Source: Vibrio phage USC-1
Sequence record: MK905543.1
Reading direction: 5' to 3' (one strand)
Length of the DNA stretch: 40,000 nt
This document shows, one piece after another, positions 9,121 through 18,369 of this stretch. Positions within the stretch are counted from its first letter, which is position 1; every line of letters begins with the position of its first letter. Under the pieces are notes generated by a model. That model saw only the letters and a list, made by a program, of their open reading frames with translations. It made no database searches and was not told the DNA's origin. Made by a program: the position numbers and the translations under genes.

Positions 9121-10241
9121 AAGAATTCCTCTAATAATTCCAAGGCACCATTCATTAGATTTTGATCTGTACGTTCTTCGATCATGTATTGACGAAGGTG
9201 TTCAGAGAAGTTACCTTTTGTTAAAGTCACTCCCTCGTAAGTCAAATCGTTCATGATGTCTGGGGAGATGAGTTTGTCCACTTGACTGGAAGAGTCGATA
9301 TCAAAGAAATATTGCGGATAGCTACCCTTTAGGTATTCCGCCACTCCTTTGATCAACGCCCCGTTCTTACCACGTAACTGGATGCGGCTTTTAGGAATCG
9401 GGTTCTTCAGTTTGATCAACCGATTCACTTTGTCCAACAACGATTCATTATCATCATCGGGATGCTGCAATACACGTAGATAAGGCAGGGCGTTTTTATT
9501 CTCCCAAAATTTAGTTTCACACCAATCACTTTCCGGTTCCCACCAGAATTCGTAGCCCCCTTTAGGATGTTCCTCACCATGGTTGATACGGTCAAACGAA
9601 CCACTGACTCGTATTTTTCCGTACTCCGATGGTTTGTGAACATGCCCTGCAAACAAATGACGCTTTACGATAGACTGCCAGCGAGTTTCAGAATGTGAGT
9701 GTTTACTAAACTTAAGGGGAATTTGGTACTCAAACGCACCATGGAAGAAAACGTAATCAACTTCTTTCTTACCATTAGCCGCCAGTATCTCTAAGGTCTT
9801 GTCCCAGATGATATCAGGGGAAAGTCCACCCATGTTATCCGGGACATAAAAGACATCTATCCCAAGTTTCTCTATGCGCTCGTATGAAAGCTCTTTCACC
9901 CATTTAAGGTCTAACCCTTCGGGACATTGAACAACAAAGTTCTCAGGCTGTTCACGGTCGTGTGAGGACGTACCTTCAAGCACCCTCACAATCACGTTGT
10001 GCTCCAAACATTCCAATAAGAACTTTCTAATCCAGTGTTGGGTTAATCGCATGTCTGGGTGAGAAGCGTCGACCAAACGCTCATAAAAGTCTCCACCGAA
10101 TACAACGATGTCCACTTCTTCTAAATTGTGACTACGGGTCAAAAACTGACTTGAGTTGTACAGTATGTGACTAGTCGGGGTCTTACTATGTAGGTTATGT
10201 TGGTCACTGAACCATAACCCGAAAAAGCGGTTGTCTTGCAT
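9117..10241 (-). CDS. SbcD/Mre11-like calcineurin-type metallophosphoesterase (374 aa)
   Basis: Ordered metallophosphoesterase motifs: SDQH, GGDFYE, GTSSHDRE (GNHD position), FFHGAF, FAGHVHKP (GHxH). Confidence 0.8.
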   Translation of the reverse strand: MQDNRFFGLWFSDQHNLHSKTPTSHILYNSSQFLTRSHNLEEVDIVVFGGDFYERLVDASHPDMRLTQHWIRKFLLECLEHNVIVRVLEGTSSHDREQPENFVVQCPEGLDLKWVKELSYERIEKLGIDVFYVPDNMGGLSPDIIWDKTLEILAANGKKEVDYVFFHGAFEYQIPLKFSKHSHSETRWQSIVKRHLFAGHVHKPSEYGKIRVSGSFDRINHGEEHPKGGYEFWWEPESDWCETKFWENKNALPYLRVLQHPDDDNESLLDKVNRLIKLKNPIPKSRIQLRGKNGALIKGVAEYLKGSYPQYFFDIDSSSQVDKLISPDIMNDLTYEGVTLTKGNFSEHLRQYMIEERTDQNLMNGALELLEEFL

Positions 10242-10262
10242 AGTTATTATTCGCCAATCTAA

Positions 10263-11150
10263 TTAGTTTTCAAATGGATCAAAGTCCTCGCTGTTAGATG
10301 GCGACTCTGGTGAAATTTCACTCGGTTCATTTACGGGAACATAATCAGGTGGTGTGAATTCTCCTTCTGTTAAGATTTCCATAAAGATCAATTGTTCTTG
10401 GGTGAGTGCGACTTTATTATGGATGTTAGTGAAGACACTCTTCGCCATTTCCCAGTCTTCTTTAATGTCCGGGTTCAATCCATACATGTCACGACAATAG
10501 ATCATCGAACGTTTGATGTAAGGTACCACACCGTATTTCGTGTAGAACCATTCAGGAATTAAGTGTGTGACCGTAATGGTCTCGTCACTAATGTGGGTTT
10601 TGATGAGCTCTGAAGTTTGACGGACGATTTCTTTGGCACGGTGGGCGTCACCAGTTTGTTCGGCTGAGCTCGCATTGGTGAAGTTTTTATGAGCGAGGTC
10701 AAGAACGTACTGTTCTGTTTCATTTAACTGGATACGAGACAAAGGTGGAATAACAAAGATGGCTTCACCTTTATCATCTACAATCACAACACCGCGCTGA
10801 TGCCCGTGAGTTAATTCACCCCAAGCTCTGGCATCAAAGTAATTAGTAGGTCCAACGAAACCCAATGCAAATTGATCCAACCAACGGTTAACGAATGCTT
10901 TTTCATGGATGGTAGTGTCAGAGATAACATAACCGCCCGCTGGGTCTTTTAATGCGTATTGGTCGTCGACTTTAACCAGTTTTAAGTCCCCAATCCAGCC
11001 GAACGATTCGTTTAAGCTTGGACGGTGTTTTTCGTCCACTACACGAACTCGATCAAGATAACGGAGGTCTTCATTACTGGCGATCTCGATTTCTTCAATA
11101 ACAGTATCTTCAGTGATATCTTCGATCATGTTAGGTTCTTGCTCTTGCAT
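10263..11150 (-). CDS. Hypothetical protein (295 aa), acidic termini
   Basis: Long ORF in operon, no motif recognised. Confidence 0.7.
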   Translation of the reverse strand: MQEQEPNMIEDITEDTVIEEIEIASNEDLRYLDRVRVVDEKHRPSLNESFGWIGDLKLVKVDDQYALKDPAGGYVISDTTIHEKAFVNRWLDQFALGFVGPTNYFDARAWGELTHGHQRGVVIVDDKGEAIFVIPPLSRIQLNETEQYVLDLAHKNFTNASSAEQTGDAHRAKEIVRQTSELIKTHISDETITVTHLIPEWFYTKYGVVPYIKRSMIYCRDMYGLNPDIKEDWEMAKSVFTNIHNKVALTQEQLIFMEILTEGEFTPPDYVPVNEPSEISPESPSNSEDFDPFEN

Positions 11151-11553
11151 TGATGCGTCCTTGGTTAATGAGGTTAAACGTTTCGCCTGACACTTGGACA
11201 GCGGATCCTAAATCATACCATTGTCCGTCATGCTGAATAGAAACTTGTATATAAAGATGGAAACGACCATCTCGATCGTTTTCAAATCCTTCGGTGGAAG
11301 TCTGAACTTGTACGTTCTGGAACAACTCTTCAAAATGGAGTTTAAGGTTGCTTTGCACATCATCGGCAACACGCTGTTGGTTACCTTGGGCTTCTTTTAA
11401 GACCCACTCGAATGAATTTGTTTTTAAGATAGTCATGCCTTGGCTGCGACGAGATGCGAACCAATAAGCTAAGTGTCTGTCCATTGCGACTTCGGTCGCC
11501 TCGGTAATATGCCCTAAAGTAGACATCGTACCGACTATGTAATCTTTAGCCAT
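11131..11553 (-). CDS. Hypothetical protein (140 aa)
   Basis: ORF overlapping the next gene by 20 nt. Confidence 0.7.
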   Translation of the reverse strand: MAKDYIVGTMSTLGHITEATEVAMDRHLAYWFASRRSQGMTILKTNSFEWVLKEAQGNQQRVADDVQSNLKLHFEELFQNVQVQTSTEGFENDRDGRFHLYIQVSIQHDGQWYDLGSAVQVSGETFNLINQGRINARART

Positions 11554-11588
11554 AATAAACCTAAAAAAAATAAAGAGGAGGAGGAATC

Positions 11589-11607
11589 CCCCTACCCGAA
11601 GGTAGGA
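11589..11607 (-). terminator. Rho-independent-type terminator
   Basis: On the minus strand cctacc-ttcg-ggtagg, followed by ...ctctttatttttttt. Confidence 0.6.
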
Positions 11608-11616
11608 GGAAGTAAC

Positions 11617-11745
11617 TCACCAGTTACCGTAGTTAAACGATGTGTAAACACCCACCAAAAAGATGAGTGCAAACATACCGTTGCTACGCAACCAAGAAGT
11701 TTTAGTTTCAGTGTTTTTAGGTTGAACGTTCACGTAATCTTTCAT
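11617..11745 (-). CDS. Small single-pass membrane protein candidate (42 aa: MKDYVNVQPKNTETKTSWLRSNGMFALIFLVGVYTSFNYGNW)
   Basis: Manual translation. GGAGAG RBS upstream; hydrophobic segment MFALIFLVGVYTS; bracketed by a promoter-like motif (11786-11804) and a terminator. Confidence 0.6.
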   Translation of the reverse strand: MKDYVNVQPKNTETKTSWLRSNGMFALIFLVGVYTSFNYGNW

Positions 11746-11785
11746 GGGATCTCTCCAAAGTTTAAATAAATTAATTCATTTTACA

Positions 11786-11804
11786 CTTAGGTTATATAGA
11801 CCTG
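11786..11804 (-). promoter_or_regulatory. Class-1 promoter-like motif (minus: CAGGTCTATATAACCTAAG)
   Basis: Near-identical to motifs at 1686-1704, 18231-18249, 29864-29882 and 36172-36189, each 30-90 nt upstream of a minus-strand start codon. Confidence 0.6.
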
Positions 11805-11818
11805 AAAAAGACTGTGTG

Positions 11819-12295
11819 TTAATTCTGACCTTCTGATAAAATTGGTTTTTCTATCGGCACTGTGTACAAACAACAATTGTAGAAAAACTGTTGTCGACCC
11901 AATTCATCATAAACAGGTTGCTCGTCCTTCAACACGGGCCTGCGTACTCGTTTGAATTTAAACTCAAACGTAGGGACACGAGAACTCAATAAAAGTTGTC
12001 CCAGACTCACACGCTTAGTACTCCCTCCTAGGGTGATACTAGGTCGGCTGGTATCAGCGGGATAGACCAATGCGGTCAAATCCCCTTCTTCATTGTAAAT
12101 GAAGTTGGTTAGTTTTAATACCGCATGTTGAGGGTTGATTCGATCATCCAGAGGCTCTCCGTATTCAACTAATAAGAAACGTTTTTTCTCTGGTCTCTTC
12201 TTTAAGGTGCGTAGTAGTTTGGTGACGCTTAGATCTATTTGGTCTTTACGAAAAATAGTAAGTCGACGACGATTAACAATATTGACAGAACTCAT
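11819..12295 (-). CDS. Hypothetical basic protein (about 158 aa, start at internal MSSVNIVNRRR)
   Basis: ORF track gives 11819-12412, but the RBS (aggag) favours the internal ATG at 12295, which avoids overlap with the 218-aa gene. Confidence 0.65.
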   Translation of the reverse strand: MSSVNIVNRRRLTIFRKDQIDLSVTKLLRTLKKRPEKKRFLLVEYGEPLDDRINPQHAVLKLTNFIYNEEGDLTALVYPADTSRPSITLGGSTKRVSLGQLLLSSRVPTFEFKFKRVRRPVLKDEQPVYDELGRQQFFYNCCLYTVPIEKPILSEGQN

Positions 12296-12313
12296 AACTC
12301 TCCTAATAAAAAG

Positions 12314-12331
12314 AAGGGGATTACTCCCCTT
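12314..12331 (-). terminator. Short terminator or attenuator hairpin
   Basis: aagggga-ttac-tcccctt overlapping the stop of the 218-aa ORF and followed (minus) by cttctttttatt. Confidence 0.5.
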
Positions 12332-12977
12332 TATTTTGTTTGTCTTCCGCTTCTTTTGCTGAGGTGCGTAATTCACCTTCTGCATTAGTGAAGTCGAATA
12401 GACTATTAGCAAGATGATGGTTCACAGCAGTGCGGGTAGTTGCTAGATCATAGCGCTCACGGACACTCAAACCGGTTCCAGCGACGGAATCATAGAAATG
12501 AGTAGTACGGGCTACGTTTTTGTCTTCCTGCTGTTCTAGTTGCAATAAGCCGTGCATTTGACGACGGTAGTAGATGTTGTCTTCACCCACACCCGTACAC
12601 CATTCACTGAACTCACCTTCCCAACCACTTAGTTCTCCTTCTTTGTAAAGGTCCATCACGCCCGGCATCGCCATGATGTAATCACGCATGAATCCTTGAG
12701 AAGCTTGTAACATTTCCATTGAAGTCGCGACACCAATATCGTAGTAACCGATGTAGTGATCTTCGGCATTACCACGAATACGGCTCGCTAAATCCCAAGC
12801 TCGGGTGTTAACAAAGTTCTTAAAGGAATCCATAAAGTTAGAAGCACCTTCTCCTAACCAACCGCCTACGTTTTGAACCTGTTCAAAGTTCATCTGGATC
12901 ATGTTCGCATAAGACTGCATTTGGTTGTCATGCACGATCCCCGATGTACCCATAGAGAAAGCTCGACACGTATTCAT
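12321..12977 (-). CDS. Hypothetical phage protein (218 aa)
   Basis: Start overlaps the beta' exon 2 stop in a TAATG junction, indicating translational coupling. Confidence 0.7.
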   Translation of the reverse strand: MNTCRAFSMGTSGIVHDNQMQSYANMIQMNFEQVQNVGGWLGEGASNFMDSFKNFVNTRAWDLASRIRGNAEDHYIGYYDIGVATSMEMLQASQGFMRDYIMAMPGVMDLYKEGELSGWEGEFSEWCTGVGEDNIYYRRQMHGLLQLEQQEDKNVARTTHFYDSVAGTGLSVRERYDLATTRTAVNHHLANSLFDFTNAEGELRTSAKEAEDKQNKGE

Positions 12978-13156
12978 TATTTGAACTCCAGTTTTCGCAT
13001 TACGTTATTGATGTTCATCAAGTTAGTCGACGGTTGTTTGTAATGTCGACTGATTGAGAACGGTTTGTTTTCATCAAATACCGATTGGTGACCGAATGCA
13101 CCATAACTCACCGCCTTAGATCTTAAGTCAGGTAAGAAGAATAGCGCCATCTGGTC
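12977..13156 (-). CDS. RNAP beta' N-half, exon 2 (DQMALFFLPDLRSKAVSYGAFGHQSVFDENKPFSISRHYKQPSTNLMNINNVMRKLEFK)
   Basis: Joins in frame (phase 0) to exon 1, restoring NADFDGDQMA. ORF-track start at 13165 lies in the intron. Confidence 0.88.
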   Translation of the reverse strand, partial: DQMALFFLPDLRSKAVSYGAFGHQSVFDENKPFSISRHYKQPSTNLMNINNVMRKLEFK

Positions 13157-14564
13157 CGCATACATTGTTACACCCGTTAGGATGCTTTTTATTCGCCCTT
13201 CAGGAAAATACTAAGTAGTTGTAGATTTTGCCCAATCTATCAACTCTTCCCTTTGCTCTTTAGTGATTGTTTCTAGGTAATAGAACTTCCAACCATCAAC
13301 CACTTTGGTTACACCACGCTTTAATGCTGTTGTAACCATCTTTTTACTTAAATCGTGTGTTGTTCTAAATTCATAAGCTGACTCAAAAAGGATTATTGTT
13401 TCACCTTCTTTGGCAGCTAACACTTTCTTAGGAGCACGAGATAACAACTTCTGTTTTAACTCATCAGTCAAAAAGTCAAAGTTATTTGTACTCTCTATTA
13501 GAACGTAGTGTTTTTGGAACAACTTTGGAAAGTCGCTGGTAGAAATACATTGCGAGACGGTCTGTGACCTACACTTGAAGTGTTCAGAAACCGCTTTCAT
13601 AGTTGGAAACTGTTTGACTTCACCGGTAAAAAGATCCATGCATGATATCTCTCTACGGTAGGTCTGTTGCTCCCTTTCATGTCTTCTTAATTTCTGGACG
13701 CGTTTATCCGACGATTTAAGATGTTCTACTTTCCAGCCGTTTAACAACAACCCCTCTTTAATACTTTTCCAAACTTCAGCTATTTCGCATGAGAAGAATT
13801 CGCACGCATGAAGGAAGTTGTTCAAGTACTTTGTTTCATCATCTTTGGTTATAACGATGAGTGGTCGTTTAGTATAACGATTTAAAAGTGTCGCATGAAC
13901 GTTGTTTTGTTCCGGTGTTACCCAATCTACATTAGTAGACTCATTGTTTGTTATGTCTCCATCTATGTGGTTCCCATGTTGATTTTCCTCAGGCTCACCA
14001 TGAAAGGTTGTTAATATGAGCCTGTGGACCCCTTTGGTGGTAAAAGTGCCATCAGGTAGCACCACCATAGTTGTTATGTATCCGTCACCGTTGGTGTAGT
14101 ATTCAACCTCTGTTTTATCAGGGTTGTAAATCCGTCCATCTTCAGTGGCGTAATAACCTTTAGTGTTAGGTATTTCTTTCATATTCAACTTTTTTTGAAG
14201 GACTACGGGTCGTTACTCCGCTGAATAACCGGGCAAGGTCATTCTCCGATGCTTTCACACCGGGCGAGACTATATCTTAGCTTCATCATTCCTTGAATCC
14301 ACTCTTCCTGTTCGAGGAGACTTCTCCCCACCTAGTCGTTGAACGTTACTCTACGTGAGAGTCTTCGCTGCTGATTTCCGATTGATAAGAGCCCTTAGCA
14401 CTCCACACTTATCCTTGGTGAAGTTGGTTTTCCATTAAGCTTAGGTCATCTCTATTTTTATTTCTGACTTTCGTCCACATTCATAGTCGATCACTCAACT
14501 ATTGTAGTAAATAGAGCTTTACGGGGTTCCAGCAATTAAAGAAGTTTAAAGACGGCAATAGTTC
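13157..14564 (-). other. Group I self-splicing intron (about 1408 nt) with internal HNH ORF
   Basis: Minus strand: 5' exon ...GACGGU^ pairs with internal guide GCCGUC (U.G at splice site). Core elements P aattgctggaacccc (14523-14537), Q aatcagcagcgaag (14363-14376), R gttcaacgactag (14332-14344) and S aagatatagtc (14268-14278). Terminal G before exon 2. Confidence 0.93.
13211..14188 (-). CDS. Intron-encoded HNH homing endonuclease (NUMOD4/HNH-like, 325 aa)
   Basis: HGNHIDGDITNNESTNVDWVTPEQNNVHA is the canonical HNH core; N-terminal IPNTKGYYATEDGRIYN; C-terminal NUMOD-like repeats (TMKAVSEHFKCRSQTVSQCI). Confidence 0.93.
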   Translation of the reverse strand: MNMKEIPNTKGYYATEDGRIYNPDKTEVEYYTNGDGYITTMVVLPDGTFTTKGVHRLILTTFHGEPEENQHGNHIDGDITNNESTNVDWVTPEQNNVHATLLNRYTKRPLIVITKDDETKYLNNFLHACEFFSCEIAEVWKSIKEGLLLNGWKVEHLKSSDKRVQKLRRHEREQQTYRREISCMDLFTGEVKQFPTMKAVSEHFKCRSQTVSQCISTSDFPKLFQKHYVLIESTNNFDFLTDELKQKLLSRAPKKVLAAKEGETIILFESAYEFRTTHDLSKKMVTTALKRGVTKVVDGWKFYYLETITKEQREELIDWAKSTTT

Positions 14565-15986
14565 ACCGTCGAAATCAGCGTTAAAATTGGACACAGACAG
14601 TATTGGGAGTCCAATAGATTGGTCTCCCAGATCTCGTTTAATTCGCGCAAAGAAAGTGCGACGAGACAAATACTGAATGGATGGCATACGACCTGCTTTA
14701 CACACGATGTCATTGCGTTCTTCATGGTAAGTGAAGAAAGCGTCGATATCGGGGTCGAGGTAGTGGGCAGCTTTACTGATCTTGGTCAGCGCAGCCATCG
14801 GTGAGTAACCTTTACGATACAAATGGGACAGTATCTGTTTCTCTAACTGGGCGAGCGCCATTATCCATGGAACTTCTATCATTCCCGGATTATGTATCCC
14901 CGTCTTAGAGGTGATTACTGAACGACCTGTCATCGGTAAAGAGCCAGACGCCACCAGTTTACGCGCCGCTCCCGGTTTAGGGAACATGAAGTCCTTTAAA
15001 TGGGCTGAGTTTTGTGCCGCTAACGCCACTATCCCCTTACCAACACGATCAATGGATTCTTGGATATCGAATTCATTGACTTGGTATAGGTCAGTGTTAT
15101 CTTTAGTATCAGCGATGGACATGTAAGTTGAATCCATCTTTAGCTGACTTGAAGAAGCGTAACGTTCTTTACCCGCCTTTTCAATAACGGTAGAGAGTTT
15201 ATTAGGTATCGGGAGATACTTAGTGAAAACAATATCCTTGTAATCAAAGTAACCCAACATAATCTCTTTAGCATCGGAATTCTTAAGTGCTGTTAAAGTT
15301 CGACCTTCACCTAACAAAAAGTAATCCATGATGGTATCAGCATTAACAACAAACTCGTTGAGATCGAAACGAGTCATCAGACGTTTTAAATGAGATTGGA
15401 GATCACGGAGTTTTTCCGAACTTTGTGAATTGACCTTACGACGATAGGTTGGATCGATGATGTAAGTGATGATCTCTATCTTAGGTGAAGCTGTTGCGAT
15501 CTTTTGCAAGTATGTCTTGTAGAACGCAGGGTTGATGAATGATTGGACACCAGTAGGTAGGCGTAACCAAACTTTGGTCGATAACTCAGTATCAACTAAG
15601 CGCTCCACTTGGTTACCACAGTTTCTACAAACCCGTCCAGAACCAATTAAATGGTTTCCCTTTAAAGGTTTATCACAACCACACGACGCGATGGTTTCAA
15701 AAGTGTCCGTATCAAAGTCCACACGAATCAGCTTCTCCAAACGTTCACGATCTTCTTCTAAACAGAAGTCGTAGTCGTTCAGATAAACAGGTTGCGACTT
15801 AGATGTATCATGGGCGTAATTGAAATCACGGAAGTCTGGATAAAGCGGAGCGTAGTAACTAGGATCGTCGAAGAATTTCTTCCCGGATTGTTCCTGATAA
15901 CGCTGGAACTGTTTGATAGGAAGCAAATCGTCAAAAGATTCCTTTGCTAATACCTCTACTGCAATATCTTTCGTTGGAGACGACAT
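14565..15986 (-). CDS. RNAP beta' N-terminal half, exon 1 (474 codons)
   Basis: Zn-binding CGCD...CRNCGNQV near N-terminus; ...SVSNFNADFDG at exon end (catalytic NADFDGD). ORF-track extension to 14499 is intron read-through. Confidence 0.92.
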
Positions 15987-16080
15987 TACAGAACTCCTTA
16001 TTTTTGATAAAAAATTTAAAAACGATATAAAGGAGTGGGAGCGTTAGCTCCCACCCTTAGAACTTAATTAACGAAGCAGA

Positions 16081-18147
16081 TTATGAGTAAACAATACCAG
16101 AAGCATTGCCCACGATACCGCCACCGTTAACCATGTAAGCACCAGAAGCACCTGCTGCCGCGTTTACTGCGTATTCAACAGATGGTGCGTAGATTGCAAC
16201 GTTAGATGCAAACGTACCCATAGTACCAGACGCATTTAGGTTACCAAGCTTGTCTAGACATTGACCTAGGAATTCTGCAAACTCTGGTGCCACGTAGTGA
16301 CGACGTGAAGTACCAGTGATGTTTACATCATCGTTGATCAGTGTAGGAAGCATAGTAGTCATGCGGTAGCGACGTACTGGCTCTGGAGTTTGGTTACCAT
16401 CACCGTACACTGCTTGTAGGTACTGAATCATTGGAGTAGTGTCAGTTGGGCATAGACGGCTTAGGAAGATTTCATCCACTTCTTCTAGTGAGTGAAGTTC
16501 ACCGTTGTGCTTAAACGTACCTACTGGATTCAGGATACCAGATTGACATAGAACTGCTTTCTCTGGAGTCCAACCTTTACCAGTTTGTTTGTTCTCTGAG
16601 ATGCGACGAGACGCTTCACCGTTAGTGATAGAATCGATCACTTTAACGATTACTAGTTTGTTTTCAGTAGCAGCTTCAGTAGTGCCTACAAGGTTAAGTA
16701 GGAAGTTGTGAAGTGCTGCTTCGTTACCGAATTCAACTAGGTCGATAGCGTAAGATGCGCGCTCAGCGATGTTACGACGGATCCAAGAACTTGTGAAGTC
16801 CATGTCTTTTAGACGGGCTTCAGTCATTTTCAGTTTCTCGTCACGCTTACCTAGCGCACCACCAATCATGTCTTCGATACGACGCTCGATGTGAGACAGG
16901 TTACCACGTGCACCAATCTTAGCCAAGCGTAGAGGCTCAGTAAATAGGTGGTTGTGGTTCACAGTCATGTTCGCGTACAGACCCATTAGGAATGATGCGA
17001 TACCTGAGTTGTTACCCATCTGTGCTTGAGCACGAGTATGGTTCATAACTACAACTGCTTGAAGCGGGTGGTAGCCATGAGGGTACATATCGTTCGAGTT
17101 CATCATTGGAGAGAACATCGGTTGGATTTGACGGTTCGCCATTTGCGCTGTGTAAACAGCGAACGGAACACCAACCAACAGTACGTTAGAGTAAGCGTTA
17201 ACAATACCGCGAGCAGCATCAGCGTTGTATTGCTGACCTTCTTTTGGTGCTGTTTGCAGCTGAACTAACATGTTAGCGCCAGACGGAACGCCGTCGATGC
17301 TTACTGGAGTACCAGATTGATTTTTCATCGCTTCGATACGCGCAGTCGCACATTTAGTTGGACCGTACGCATTTTCGTCGATTTGACCTTTAGCGTTGAT
17401 GAATGGAGTTTTCAGCGTTACACCATGCTTAACCATTGTTTTGGTTAGCGTAGTTTTCATGCCGCGTTCCCACTCTTCAAGGATAACGTTCGCCAGTAGG
17501 TCAGCCATACCAATCTCTTTGTTTTCTGGAGTTTGGTAAGACTCTAGGTCGATAACGCGAGACGTGATAAGTTGAACGTCGTTTACACCGTCGTTAGCGT
17601 AACGAAGTTTCATTGATTCGATTAGGTTACGAACCACTTCTTTACTCATGTAACGGTTTGGTGTTTGTTTGATTTGCACCTTCGCCGGCATGTTTTGACC
17701 CATCACACCGTTAGTGTGAATTTCTTCCAGCTGGATAGCGATCTCGCGGTTAGAGAACTGCACTGGAGCAATGATCATTGCATTACCTACGCGACGAGCT
17801 AGGATGATACCCGGTAATACTGGAGACAGGTTAGTGTCCATCAGGATTACTTCTTGAGGGATGATTTGCTGTAGCGCAGGGTTGATAGAAGATTTGTCTT
17901 TCTCTTCACGGAAGTCATTCAACTTCTTAACAATCTCGTTCACAACAGGAACGCTACGACCGCCAGACATCATTGAGTTCATACCTAGAACGTTAGCGAA
18001 ATCTAGTAGTGAGTTGGTTTTGTTAGATGACATTTTTTCTGCTCCTTGTTGTGCAGTTTGATTTTTGGTTGGTTGTTGGGTTTGTGGGTTGTTAGAAGAT
18101 TGATCATTCTCTTCGATTTCATCCCAGCTATTTTTGCTTGAGATCAT
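16081..18147 (-). CDS. Abundant-type phage protein (688 aa): candidate chimallin (nuclear shell) or major virion protein
   Basis: Long ORF immediately upstream of beta'N. AAGGA RBS and putative promoters at 18231-18249 and 18349-18360. No diagnostic motif; assignment is synteny inference. Confidence 0.7.
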   Translation of the reverse strand: MISSKNSWDEIEENDQSSNNPQTQQPTKNQTAQQGAEKMSSNKTNSLLDFANVLGMNSMMSGGRSVPVVNEIVKKLNDFREEKDKSSINPALQQIIPQEVILMDTNLSPVLPGIILARRVGNAMIIAPVQFSNREIAIQLEEIHTNGVMGQNMPAKVQIKQTPNRYMSKEVVRNLIESMKLRYANDGVNDVQLITSRVIDLESYQTPENKEIGMADLLANVILEEWERGMKTTLTKTMVKHGVTLKTPFINAKGQIDENAYGPTKCATARIEAMKNQSGTPVSIDGVPSGANMLVQLQTAPKEGQQYNADAARGIVNAYSNVLLVGVPFAVYTAQMANRQIQPMFSPMMNSNDMYPHGYHPLQAVVVMNHTRAQAQMGNNSGIASFLMGLYANMTVNHNHLFTEPLRLAKIGARGNLSHIERRIEDMIGGALGKRDEKLKMTEARLKDMDFTSSWIRRNIAERASYAIDLVEFGNEAALHNFLLNLVGTTEAATENKLVIVKVIDSITNGEASRRISENKQTGKGWTPEKAVLCQSGILNPVGTFKHNGELHSLEEVDEIFLSRLCPTDTTPMIQYLQAVYGDGNQTPEPVRRYRMTTMLPTLINDDVNITGTSRRHYVAPEFAEFLGQCLDKLGNLNASGTMGTFASNVAIYAPSVEYAVNAAAGASGAYMVNGGGIVGNASGIVYS

Positions 18148-18230
18148 AATTGATCCTTTATTATTCGGGTTTCAATATTCAATAACGTTATTAAACATTA
18201 AGGCATCGCAATAATACCACTTGCTTAACA

Positions 18231-18249
18231 CCTAGGTTATATAGGACTG
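18231..18249 (-). promoter_or_regulatory. Class-1 promoter-like motif (minus: CAGTCCTATATAACCTAGG)
   Basis: Shared motif, about 85 nt upstream of the 688-aa gene. Confidence 0.6.
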
Positions 18250-18348
18250 AAAATATTTAGGAACTTCAAAACCTTTCGATTTTATGTCTCAAATATTTCA
18301 ATTCTGGTCCTATCCACCCCAACCTTACGGCTGGAGAAAGTTTTATCT

Positions 18349-18360
18349 ACATATAATGGA
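18349..18360. promoter_or_regulatory. Class-2 motif ACATATAATgga (minus ATTATATGT)
   Basis: Same core at 26336, 30099 and 34682. Orientation ambiguous here because it lies between divergent genes. Confidence 0.45.
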
Positions 18361-18369
18361 CACACAGTT

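Noticed and set aside
14499-14564. C-terminal ELLPSLNFFNCWNPVKLYLLQ of the ORF-track beta' protein
   Set aside because: This is intron sequence containing the internal guide and P element, not authentic protein.
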